Shown here piece by piece: positions 1-9,327 of a stretch of DNA of 52,955 bases (position 1 is the first letter of the stretch; every line of letters starts with the position of its first letter). Position numbers and translations under genes: made by a program. The DNA comes from Candidatus Coatesbacteria bacterium. GTDB taxonomy: Bacteria; JAFGND01. The stretch spans positions 1 through 52,955 of the forward strand of contig JAFGND010000026.1 in the NCBI GenBank assembly GCA_016927185.1, written 5' to 3'. The notes below the pieces were generated by a model. That model was not told where the DNA came from, made no database searches, and saw only the letters and a program-made list of their open reading frames with translations.

Positions 1-8
1 AGATATAA

Positions 9-3000
9 ATGAAAGAAGATTCTGGATTGGAAATTCCTTCTACAGGAATAGATATAGGTTCTCTTTTCCTAAAAGCTATTCAGACTGATAAAGCAGGAAA
101 TATAACCTACTATTCATGCATTCCAACTGAAGGACAACCAATCGAAGCACTAAAAAAAATCCTGCTGGATGATAAATTCATATTCCCTTCACACTTAGCA
201 CTTTGTGGCTCCCAGGCAGAATTCATAGCACAGATAGTCAACATAGAAACTGTTAATGACAAACAAGCTGAGATACTTGGTATTAAATCCTTATTCAAGG
301 AAAAAATATTCAATATAATTAATATTGGAGGAGCAAGTGTATCACTTATACAGTTGGATGAAAAGGGAGATTTCCTTGATTACTCAAGTAATTCCTTGTG
401 CGCAGCAGGTACAGGATCTTTTCTTGATCAACAGGCAGCTAGATTAGGATTAACTTATAACAATATGAAGAAACTAGTTATAGACAAGAATCCTCCTTCT
501 ATCGCAAGCAGATGTAGTGTTTTTGCAAAAAGTGATCTTATTCATAGACAACAGGAAGGCTTCAGTAAGGAATCTTTATGGTCTGGACTTTGTAAAAGTC
601 TCACCAGGACATTTCTGGGTACTCTACTAAGAGGAAGACCTCTTAATAATCTGACAGCCATTACAGGAGGGGTTTCACAAAATCCACAAGTTATTTATTG
701 GCTTAAAGATACATACGGAGACTATATAAAAACTCATCCATTAAGCCATTTTGCTGCTGCTCTTGGAGTATCCTTTCTTTCTAAAAATATATGTACTGAC
801 AAACAGATCCTTCTTGATAAACTGAACAAAGCTTCTTTAAAAAATAGATCATCATTTCTAAGACCTCCACTTGTTCTCAAGAAAACCAGATATCCTGATT
901 TTACAGTAGAGAAATCATATATTGATAAGTACAACAATGAGGTTAGAATAACCAAAGTCATGTCAGGAAAAATAGATTGTTATCTAGGAATAGATATTGG
1001 TTCTACCAGCACAAAACTTGTTCTCATAGACCAGTATGCAAATGTTATATTAGATATTTATAGAAAAACAGCTGGAGAACCAATAAAAGCTATCAAATAT
1101 CTTTTTGAAGCCATTGTTGATGTCTTTAAAAGCAACTCTTTGACAGTTAATATAAAAGGGGTAGCAACAACAGGTAGTGGCAGAAAAATGATAGGGCAGA
1201 TAATAGGAGCTGATTTGATACAGAATGAAATTTCTGCCCATCTTGCAGGAGCTTTGAGTGTTGATAAAACTGTAGATACAATATTTGAAATAGGAGGACA
1301 GGATAGCAAGTATATACTTACTAATAATGGAGTTATCAAGCAAAGCAACATGAATTATGTATGTGCAGCAGGAACAGGATCTTTTGTTGAAGAACAGGCT
1401 GCAAGACTTGGTTTTAAACTGGAAGAAATAGGAGACGTTGTAATGGGTATTGCACCTCCTATTACATCAGACAGATGTACAGTCTTCATGCAAAGTGATG
1501 TCGTAAGATTACTTCAACTAGGCTATACAAGAGAAGAATGTATGGCAGCAGTTCTTTACAGCGTTTTCAGAAATTATCTTAACAAAGTAGTTGGAAACAG
1601 GCAATACAATAGAAACAGGATTTTTTTTCAGGGAGCAACAGCAAGAAACAAGGGACTGGTTGCAGCACTAGAAAATCTGCTTAACGTTGAGGTAGTGGTT
1701 TCACCTTACTGTCATGTTCTGGGAGCCATGGGGGCTGCTCTTTCCGTCAAGAGCATTATGGAAACTAGAAGCGAAAAAACAAGCTTTCTTGGTTTCTCTC
1801 TCGCAGATAAGGAAATTTCATTATCAAGCGAAATCTGCAAGCTTTGCTCAAATAATTGTACAATTACATTTGCCAACATCGAAGGAATGGATAAAAAGCC
1901 ATCATGGGGATACCTTTGTGGAAGAGATCCAGACGAAAACAAGATGAAAATCAATTCAAATTTTCAGAGTTTTCAAAAATTCTCTGCTCCTGTTAACAAA
2001 ACAATAAAAGGGAAAAAGAAAACAATAGGTTTTCCAAGAGCGCTTCTTTATTACAGCTGGTATCCTTTGTGGCAAGAGTTTTTCAAATCACTGGATCTTA
2101 ATGTTATTCTTTCCCCCAGGACAAATACCGAAATTATTACAAAAGGAGCAGAATTGGCAGGTGCAGAATTCTGTTTTCCAATCAAGATATCATTTGGTCA
2201 TGCATCGTATTTAGTAGATAGGAACGATATCGATTTTACAATAATACCTCACATGATTTCGGACAAGAAAAATCCATGCACAACAAACTCGTTTTTCTGT
2301 CCATTGGTACAAAGTCAGCCTTCAACAGCAAAAGCTACTTTAAGCCTTCATCATTCGTCTATAGACAAGATTCTATCACCTGTCATAGATTTCAGGTTTG
2401 GAGAAAAAAGACAGGTTGAAGAATTATCTCTTTCGCTTGAAAAACTGGAAATCAGCAAAAATGAACTACTGAAAGCATGGCATAATGCAATTCAAGCTCA
2501 GAAATTACATACAGAGAATGTAAAAAAGCAAGGTGAGAACCTTATTCGTGAATTGCAATCCTGTGGAAAGAAAGCCTTTGTTATAATGGGAAGACCATAT
2601 AATACACTTGATCAGGGTGCATGTCTGGGACTTCCTCAGAAGATATCTGAACTAGGACTTCCAGTTATACCAATGGGATTGCTTCCATATGAAATAAATG
2701 ACCTGCCAAAAGATTTTTTCAATATGTATTGGTCTTATGGTCAGCATATAATTGCTGCAACAAAGTATATTTCGGAAAGAAAGAATCTCTTCCCTATTTA
2801 TTTCACTAATTTCAGCTGCGGACCTGACAGTTTCCTTATATCTTTTGTAGAGGAAATGATGGGAAACAAGCCCTTGCTTACTATCGAGTTAGATGAACAT
2901 GGTGGCGATGCTGGTTATATGACAAGGATTGAATCGTTCTATGATGTAGTCAAGAACTTCAATGAAGAACCGAAACCTGTTCCTTTCTATATTCCCAGAG

Positions 3001-4172
3001 TGACTCCTGAAGAGCTGAAAGGCAGGACAATATTTGTTCCACCTATGCATGTAGCTGGTACAAGGCTTTTTGCAGCTGGTTTTGCAAGATTCGGTATGAA
3101 ATCCATTCCAATTGAAACAGAAACATATTCCGACCTTGAAGAAGGCAGAAAGCATAGTAGAGGTGGAGAATGTCTGCCTTGCGCAACAACACTTGGAAGT
3201 CTGATAAATTGTGCAAAAAAGGTTAGTAAAGGGGAAAAATACGCTTTCTTTATGCCTAGTGCAGATGGACCTTGCAGATTTGGGCAATACAATGTTTTCC
3301 ATAGAAGAGTTCTAGACAAACTTGGTTTTGTAGATTTAAAGATTCTCTCTCCCTCAGCAGGAAATTCATATCAAGGACTAAGTCAATCCATGAGGCAATT
3401 TCTATGGAAAGCAATGTTAGCGGCAGATATAGTTTATAAATTCAGATTGAAAACTGCTCCATACGAAAAGGAGAAAGGATCTTCAGAGAGTTTATTCAAA
3501 GAATCTCTTGGGTTTCTGGAGAAAGAGATAAAGGGAAAAGGAAGAATAAGAGAATCTTTAACTGAAATAATGAAAAGTTTCATTGCCTTGCCTAAAATGA
3601 ATATTCCTCCAAAACCTCTTGTTGGTATTGTCGGGGAAATATATGTCAGATGTAATCAGTTCTCTAATGACAGACTTGTTGAATCTATAGAGAAATATGG
3701 TGGAGAAGCCTGGGTATCACCTATTGGTGAATGGGTCTTATATACTGCCTATATGCAGGAATGGCAAGCCAAGCACAAGGAATCTTTGCTGAGTGGAGTC
3801 CTTGTAAAGTCAATGCTAAAGAATTTTTTCCTGCATAAATATGAAAAGGAATACTATAAATCGGTGGAACCACTTCTACATGACAGATTTGAACCTGATG
3901 TTGCAGATATAGTTGAAACTGGTTCAAAATATATACCGAGGAACTTTTATGGTGAATCAATATTGACTCTTGGAAGAGCTGCTCTTTTCAAGAATGATGG
4001 TGCAAAAATGATAGTAAATGTTGCTCCTTTTACATGCATGCCTGGATTGCTTACAAGTGCTTTAATGCAGAAAATACAGATTGAATATGATATTCCTATA
4101 GTCAGTATGTTCTATGACGGAGAATCAGGCTTGAATGAAAAACTGAAAATCTATCTCGAAAATATCTCCTGA
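9..4172 (+). CDS. Fused acyl-CoA dehydratase activase / DUF2229 reductase protein (two BcrA/BcrD/HgdC-type ATPase domains plus two reductase-like domains); PlsA-PlsR/Ger-like architecture
   Basis: Two ASKHA ATPase repeats (GIDIGSLFLK...CAAGTGSFLDQQA...RCSVFA; GIDIGSTSTK...EIGGQDSK...CAAGTGSFVEEQA...RCTVFM), a CKLCSNNC linker, DUF2229-like IGFPRAL...CFPIK, then NFSCGPD, ELDEHG, GPCRFGQY, VGIVGEIYVR and PFTCMPG. Confidence 0.9.
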   Translation: MKEDSGLEIPSTGIDIGSLFLKAIQTDKAGNITYYSCIPTEGQPIEALKKILLDDKFIFPSHLALCGSQAEFIAQIVNIETVNDKQAEILGIKSLFKEKIFNIINIGGASVSLIQLDEKGDFLDYSSNSLCAAGTGSFLDQQAARLGLTYNNMKKLVIDKNPPSIASRCSVFAKSDLIHRQQEGFSKESLWSGLCKSLTRTFLGTLLRGRPLNNLTAITGGVSQNPQVIYWLKDTYGDYIKTHPLSHFAAALGVSFLSKNICTDKQILLDKLNKASLKNRSSFLRPPLVLKKTRYPDFTVEKSYIDKYNNEVRITKVMSGKIDCYLGIDIGSTSTKLVLIDQYANVILDIYRKTAGEPIKAIKYLFEAIVDVFKSNSLTVNIKGVATTGSGRKMIGQIIGADLIQNEISAHLAGALSVDKTVDTIFEIGGQDSKYILTNNGVIKQSNMNYVCAAGTGSFVEEQAARLGFKLEEIGDVVMGIAPPITSDRCTVFMQSDVVRLLQLGYTREECMAAVLYSVFRNYLNKVVGNRQYNRNRIFFQGATARNKGLVAALENLLNVEVVVSPYCHVLGAMGAALSVKSIMETRSEKTSFLGFSLADKEISLSSEICKLCSNNCTITFANIEGMDKKPSWGYLCGRDPDENKMKINSNFQSFQKFSAPVNKTIKGKKKTIGFPRALLYYSWYPLWQEFFKSLDLNVILSPRTNTEIITKGAELAGAEFCFPIKISFGHASYLVDRNDIDFTIIPHMISDKKNPCTTNSFFCPLVQSQPSTAKATLSLHHSSIDKILSPVIDFRFGEKRQVEELSLSLEKLEISKNELLKAWHNAIQAQKLHTENVKKQGENLIRELQSCGKKAFVIMGRPYNTLDQGACLGLPQKISELGLPVIPMGLLPYEINDLPKDFFNMYWSYGQHIIAATKYISERKNLFPIYFTNFSCGPDSFLISFVEEMMGNKPLLTIELDEHGGDAGYMTRIESFYDVVKNFNEEPKPVPFYIPRVTPEELKGRTIFVPPMHVAGTRLFAAGFARFGMKSIPIETETYSDLEEGRKHSRGGECLPCATTLGSLINCAKKVSKGEKYAFFMPSADGPCRFGQYNVFHRRVLDKLGFVDLKILSPSAGNSYQGLSQSMRQFLWKAMLAADIVYKFRLKTAPYEKEKGSSESLFKESLGFLEKEIKGKGRIRESLTEIMKSFIALPKMNIPPKPLVGIVGEIYVRCNQFSNDRLVESIEKYGGEAWVSPIGEWVLYTAYMQEWQAKHKESLLSGVLVKSMLKNFFLHKYEKEYYKSVEPLLHDRFEPDVADIVETGSKYIPRNFYGESILTLGRAALFKNDGAKMIVNVAPFTCMPGLLTSALMQKIQIEYDIPIVSMFYDGESGLNEKLKIYLENIS

Positions 4173-4173
4173 A

Positions 4174-5061
4174 ATGCAGAAAAATATTGATAGAATTAAT
4201 GAAATCGCTAAGAGATTACCTAACAAAGAGACTTCAATAACAATCGCAGAAAGAGCATTTTATCTTGAACAGGAATATGGAGACAATATTGATACTCTTT
4301 TTGCATATGGAAGTCTGGTATTCGGTAAACCCAGGAAGAAATCAATTCCAGATTTTCTTGTAATAATCAAGGATATAGTAGTCTTCCATAAAATGAATGA
4401 AGATTTCTATGCAAGTGGATTAACGATACCAAGCAATTCAGATGAACAGATAAAACTTAATGAATTGTGGCCAAACTTCTATAATCTTGAATCTCCATAT
4501 GGAGAAATGAAAGCTGGAGTGATGAGCAAGGAATATTATCTTAATGCCATCTACAAAGACAATATGTTTATTCAGGGCAGGATACAAAAACCTCTTGGGA
4601 TTCTTTGGAGCAGCAGGGAAACAGAGGAAGCTCTGCTTTTTGCAAGAAGAAAAGGTGCTCTTCATGCTCTTAATCTTCTTCCTGTGTCTTTTTCATTCAG
4701 GGAATTTGCAGAAAAATTATCTTCACTCAGCTATTTGTCTGAAATCAGACCTGAAAATATCAATCGCAAAATAAAGGATATTGTGGAAACTGGATATAGC
4801 CAGTTTGAATCCATATATAAACCTATATTGAATGAGGTTGACTATATCAAATATATTGGTGAGGAATATAAAGATACAAGATCTCATGAAGAAAAAGAAA
4901 AAGCGAGAAATGAAACACTTGACTTCCAGAAGAAACAAAAATGGGCATGGAAAAGCATTAAAAGGATATTTCAGAACGCAATCAATTATAAACACCCCCT
5001 TAATTATATTGTAGATAAAATCAAGGGAGAAATCAACAAAACACTCATAGATAAAGAATAA
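4174..5061 (+). CDS. Tam41/Mmp37-like phosphatidate cytidylyltransferase (nucleotidyltransferase fold)
   Basis: FAYGS...PDFLV NTase motif followed, in Tam41 order, by KAGVMS, GRIQKP, ALNLLP, LSY.SEIRPE and F.SIYKPIL; starts 1 nt after the upstream stop. Confidence 0.75.
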   Translation: MQKNIDRINEIAKRLPNKETSITIAERAFYLEQEYGDNIDTLFAYGSLVFGKPRKKSIPDFLVIIKDIVVFHKMNEDFYASGLTIPSNSDEQIKLNELWPNFYNLESPYGEMKAGVMSKEYYLNAIYKDNMFIQGRIQKPLGILWSSRETEEALLFARRKGALHALNLLPVSFSFREFAEKLSSLSYLSEIRPENINRKIKDIVETGYSQFESIYKPILNEVDYIKYIGEEYKDTRSHEEKEKARNETLDFQKKQKWAWKSIKRIFQNAINYKHPLNYIVDKIKGEINKTLIDKE

Positions 5062-5068
5062 TTTTTTA

Positions 5069-5085
5069 TTGGCATATAATTTGCT
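5069..5085 (+). promoter_or_regulatory. Sigma54-type -24/-12 promoter upstream of hrcA
   Basis: TTGGCATATAATTTGCT has exact GG-N10-GC spacing and matches TGGCA-N6-TTGC(A/T). Confidence 0.7.
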
Positions 5086-5150
5086 CTATATTTCTAAAAT
5101 AAGAATAATAACAATTTAAAGAGGGAGAAAAGACTTTTTGTCGCATTCAT

Positions 5151-5165
5151 ATGACAATTTGTCAT
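5151..5165. promoter_or_regulatory. Perfect inverted repeat ATGACAA-T-TTGTCAT; candidate operator or RNA hairpin
   Basis: 7-1-7 palindrome ending 4 nt before the hrcA ATG; a weaker copy GAC-N5-GTC lies at 5132-5142. Confidence 0.55.
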
Positions 5166-5169
5166 TATT

Positions 5170-6183
5170 ATGGAATTGAAAGATAAGGAAAAAAAAATAC
5201 TGAACTTCATGATCAGGGAATATATAAGATATGGTCTTCCTGTTGGTTCACAGTTTTTGTCTGAAATGAAGAATATAAGACTTGCAGCCTCTACAATAAG
5301 GAAGATCCTTCAATTTCTTGAAAAAGAAGGATTCCTTACTCAATCCCATAAATCGAGTGGAAGGATCCCAACAGACAAAGCTTACAGGTTTTATATAGAC
5401 GAATATGTTAAACCTAAATTTGAAAAAAATAAAGACAGAAACAAAGAAAAACTGCCTTCTTTAATACTTTCAGCTGGCTCAACAGAGGAAATATATAATC
5501 AGGTAGCATTGATTCTTTCAAAACAATCCAGGCAAGTGGCATTGCTTTTCAGGACAGATAAAATTGAAGCAAAGCTTCTAAGGATAATTCTTATCTTGAG
5601 AGAAGGTCAGACAATAATGTATGCCATTACTTACGATAATGGAGAAACAAATACTGGTGTATTCCAGATAGATTACAAGACTAACAGGACAGAAGTGAAT
5701 GAAGCGGAACAAATTTTAAACCAGAGGCTTGAAGGTTTATCTAGTAATGAAATTAAAGCAGCTATCAATAACAGAATGAGAGATATTCCTCTTTCTAGAA
5801 GAAAAATGATAGATAATATTATTAATCACAAGGAATTGATATTTAAATTCAAGTCAAAAGCATTGCTTATCATAGGAGGAATTAATTATCTCATTTCACA
5901 GATAGACCTTCTGAAACCTTCTAACATAGAAGAGATTCTCAGTTTCATAGAACAAAAAGAGGCTTTAGAGGAATTCCTGTCTTGCAGACCTAAAGAAACT
6001 TATCAAGTATCGATAGGCTCTGAGCACAGACAACCTGCTCTCAGCTCCTGTTCAATAATGACATATCCTGTTAATAAAGAAGAACACAGGGCAGTACTTG
6101 GTATATTAGGTCCTACAAAGATGCAATACTCTGAAATACTTAATCTACTCTATGAGATAGGAGAAAGTAATTATGAATGGTAA
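5170..6183 (+). CDS. hrcA: Heat-inducible transcriptional repressor HrcA
   Basis: EYIRYGLPVGS...STIR...LEKEGFLTQSHKSSGRIPTDKAYRFYID wHTH; C-terminal GILGPTKMQY; lies upstream of dnaK. Confidence 0.92.
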   Translation: MELKDKEKKILNFMIREYIRYGLPVGSQFLSEMKNIRLAASTIRKILQFLEKEGFLTQSHKSSGRIPTDKAYRFYIDEYVKPKFEKNKDRNKEKLPSLILSAGSTEEIYNQVALILSKQSRQVALLFRTDKIEAKLLRIILILREGQTIMYAITYDNGETNTGVFQIDYKTNRTEVNEAEQILNQRLEGLSSNEIKAAINNRMRDIPLSRRKMIDNIINHKELIFKFKSKALLIIGGINYLISQIDLLKPSNIEEILSFIEQKEALEEFLSCRPKETYQVSIGSEHRQPALSSCSIMTYPVNKEEHRAVLGILGPTKMQYSEILNLLYEIGESNYEW

Positions 6184-6226
6184 TTTACTTAGTATATTAA
6201 ACTACTAATATATAAGGAGGAATAGA

Positions 6227-8179
6227 ATGGGTAAAGTAATAGGTATAGACCTTGGAACTACTAATTCATGCGTTGCCGTAATGGAAGGTAATGATCCAGT
6301 AGTCATTCCAAACAGGGAAGGGAACAGAACGACCCCTTCAGTTGTTGCTTTCACTCCAGATGGAGAGAAACTGATAGGTCAGATTGCCAAAAGACAGGCA
6401 GTAAGAAATCCGGATTCTACTATCTTCTCTATCAAGAGATTCATAGGAAGAAGATTTGGGGAAGTTAGTGAGGAAATAAAGATTGTACCTTATCAAGTTA
6501 TTGAAGGTAGTGGAGGACTGGCAAAAGTGTTTGTTCAGGGGAAGGAATTCTATCCACCTGAAATTTCTGCAATGGTTCTCAGGGAACTCAAGAAGGTAGC
6601 GGAAGAATATCTTGGTGAACCTGTATCCCAGGCAGTCATTACAGTACCGGCATATTTCAATGATTCACAAAGGCAAGCTACAAAAGATGCAGGTAAGGGT
6701 GCTGGTCTGGAAGTTCTTCGTATAATAAATGAACCAACTGCTGCCAGCCTGGCATATGGGATGGATAAAAAGAAGGAACAGAAAATAGCTGTATATGATT
6801 TAGGAGGAGGAACTTTTGATATCTCCATACTTGAAATAGGAGATGGAGTATTCGAAGTTAAATCCACAAACGGAAACACCCATTTAGGTGGAGATGATTT
6901 TGATCACAGGCTTATCAACTATCTTGCTGATGAATTCATGAAAAAGGAAGGAATTGATCTCAGGAAAGACAAGATGGCATTGCAAAGATTGAAAGAAGCT
7001 GCAGAAAAAGCAAAATGTGAATTATCAACTGTCATGTCAACTTCAATAAATCTGCCTTTCATAACAGCAGGGGTACATGGACCACTGCATCTGGAGGAAA
7101 CATTAACACGTGCAAAGATGGAACTTCTAATCGGTGATTTGATTGAATTGACAATTGCTCCATGCAAGCAAGCATTAAAAGATGCCAATATGACTAAAGA
7201 CGATATAGATGAGGTAATTCTTGTCGGCGGTTCAACAAGAATTCCTATGGTTCAGCAAAAAGTAAAAGATTTATTTGGAAGAGAACCAAATAGGAGTGTC
7301 AATCCTGATGAAGTAGTAGCAATAGGAGCTGCAATACAAGCTGGTGTTCTGACTGGTGAGGTAAAGGATATATTACTTCTTGATGTAACACCATTATCTC
7401 TGGGAATAGAAACTCTAGGCGGAGTAATGACAAAGCTTATTGAGAGAAATACTACAATTCCAACAAGAAAAAGTCAGATTTTTACTACTGCTGCTGATAA
7501 TCAGAGTGCTGTTACAGTACATGTTCTGCAAGGGGAACGTGAAATGGCAAATGATAACAGAACTCTTGCCAAATTTGATCTTGTTGGCATTCCACCAGCA
7601 CCACGTGGTGTTCCTCAGGTAGAAGTAACATTTGATATAGATGCAAATGGGATTGTAAATGTAAAGGCAAAAGATCTTGGAACTGGCAAGGAACAGAAAA
7701 TCAAAGTTCAGGTTTCAAGCGGTTTGACACAATCAGAAATAGATAAAATGGTAACTGAAAGTGAGAAATTTGCAGAGGAAGACAAGAAGAGAAGAGAACT
7801 TGCTGAAATCAAGAACCGTGCGGATACACTTGTTTATACTTCTGAAAAGAATCTAAAAGAATATGCCAACCAGATAGATGAAGGAGATAAAAAGAAAATT
7901 GAAGATGCTATCAGTGAGCTCAAAAGCAAAATTGCTGCAAACGATATAGACGAGATTAAAATGGCTGTAATGAATCTTGAACAGGCATCCTACAAGATCT
8001 CTGAAACCCTATATGCACAAGCACAAGCAGCAGGAACAAGTGGACCTCAGGAACAGACTGGTCCTACTCCAGGATATGGGCCATCAGGTCCTGGTCCTGA
8101 ACCACAACCAGGAGAATCTGAGCAGAAGCAAAAGACTGTTGATGCTGACTTCGAAGTTGTAGATGACGAGAACAAATAA
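6227..8179 (+). CDS. dnaK: Chaperone DnaK (Hsp70)
   Basis: [45 protein letters not shown] upstream. Confidence 0.99.
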   Translation: MGKVIGIDLGTTNSCVAVMEGNDPVVIPNREGNRTTPSVVAFTPDGEKLIGQIAKRQAVRNPDSTIFSIKRFIGRRFGEVSEEIKIVPYQVIEGSGGLAKVFVQGKEFYPPEISAMVLRELKKVAEEYLGEPVSQAVITVPAYFNDSQRQATKDAGKGAGLEVLRIINEPTAASLAYGMDKKKEQKIAVYDLGGGTFDISILEIGDGVFEVKSTNGNTHLGGDDFDHRLINYLADEFMKKEGIDLRKDKMALQRLKEAAEKAKCELSTVMSTSINLPFITAGVHGPLHLEETLTRAKMELLIGDLIELTIAPCKQALKDANMTKDDIDEVILVGGSTRIPMVQQKVKDLFGREPNRSVNPDEVVAIGAAIQAGVLTGEVKDILLLDVTPLSLGIETLGGVMTKLIERNTTIPTRKSQIFTTAADNQSAVTVHVLQGEREMANDNRTLAKFDLVGIPPAPRGVPQVEVTFDIDANGIVNVKAKDLGTGKEQKIKVQVSSGLTQSEIDKMVTESEKFAEEDKKRRELAEIKNRADTLVYTSEKNLKEYANQIDEGDKKKIEDAISELKSKIAANDIDEIKMAVMNLEQASYKISETLYAQAQAAGTSGPQEQTGPTPGYGPSGPGPEPQPGESEQKQKTVDADFEVVDDENK

Positions 8180-8181
8180 AT

Positions 8182-9303
8182 ATGTCTAACAAGAGAGATT
8201 ATTATGAAATCCTTGGGGTTAATAAGGATGCTAATCCTGAGGATATTAAAAAAGCATTCAGAAATCTTGCTCCAAAATACCATCCTGACAGAAATCCAGG
8301 AAATCATGAAGCAGAAGAGAAATTCAAGGAAATAGCTGAAGCTTATGAGATCCTAAAGGATCCAGAAAAAAGAAGAATGTATGATCAGTTCGGACATGCT
8401 GCATTTCAGGGTGGAGGTTCTTCGGGTTTTAATATTGATCCTTTTGATATTTTTTCCCAGTTTTTTGGTGGAGATCTTGGTGATATTTTCGGCTTCAGAT
8501 CTTCTTCTTCAAGAATGAGAAACAGAAAAGGAGAGGATCTGCAAATAAGGCTTACATTAACTCTTGAAGAAATCGCTACAGGAGTTACTAAAAAGGTGAA
8601 GATAAAAAAACTCATTCCTTGTACTCACTGTGATGGTTCTGGTGTTGAACCAGGTGCAAAGATTGAAACCTGTCCATCATGTGAAGGTCGAGGAGTAAAA
8701 AGAACTGTGCAAAGGACTTTTCTTGGTCAAATCATGACGGAGAACATATGTCATGTATGTGAAGGAGAAGGTAAAAGGGCTTCTCAGAATTGCGCTGTTT
8801 GCCATGGAGAAACAAGAATAAGGACGGATGAAACTCTAGAAGTTAAAATACCAAAGGGTGTAAGTAATGGTAATTACCTGACATTGAGAGGCAAAGGTAA
8901 CATTGGGAAAAAGAAGAGTGAAGCTGGGGATTTAATTGTTATTATTGAGGAAAAACCTCACAAGTTTTTTGAAAGACATAATGAAGATGTTGTTTGTCAA
9001 CTTAACATTACCATTAGCGAAGCTGTATTAGGTACAAAAGTCCAGATACCAACATTGTATGGAAAGGTGGAATTATCTATTCCAGCAGGGACACAATCAG
9101 AAACTGTTATTAAGTTGAATAATAAAGGATTACCATTACTCAATTCTTCAAGAACTGGAAATCAGCTTGTGAAAATTCATGTAGATATGCCTACAAAGCT
9201 TTCTTCTGAAGAAAAGGATATATTCAAGAGGCTTTCTGAAATAGAGAAAAGCAAGGAAAACCATAAAGGATTTATAGAAAGACTCAAGGAGGTGTTCAAC
9301 TAG
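8182..9303 (+). CDS. dnaJ: Chaperone DnaJ
   Basis: J domain with HPD, G/F region, four CxxCxGx(G) repeats, C-terminal domain. Confidence 0.98.
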   Translation: MSNKRDYYEILGVNKDANPEDIKKAFRNLAPKYHPDRNPGNHEAEEKFKEIAEAYEILKDPEKRRMYDQFGHAAFQGGGSSGFNIDPFDIFSQFFGGDLGDIFGFRSSSSRMRNRKGEDLQIRLTLTLEEIATGVTKKVKIKKLIPCTHCDGSGVEPGAKIETCPSCEGRGVKRTVQRTFLGQIMTENICHVCEGEGKRASQNCAVCHGETRIRTDETLEVKIPKGVSNGNYLTLRGKGNIGKKKSEAGDLIVIIEEKPHKFFERHNEDVVCQLNITISEAVLGTKVQIPTLYGKVELSIPAGTQSETVIKLNNKGLPLLNSSRTGNQLVKIHVDMPTKLSSEEKDIFKRLSEIEKSKENHKGFIERLKEVFN

Positions 9304-9327
9304 CCATAGCATTACCAAGATAAATCA

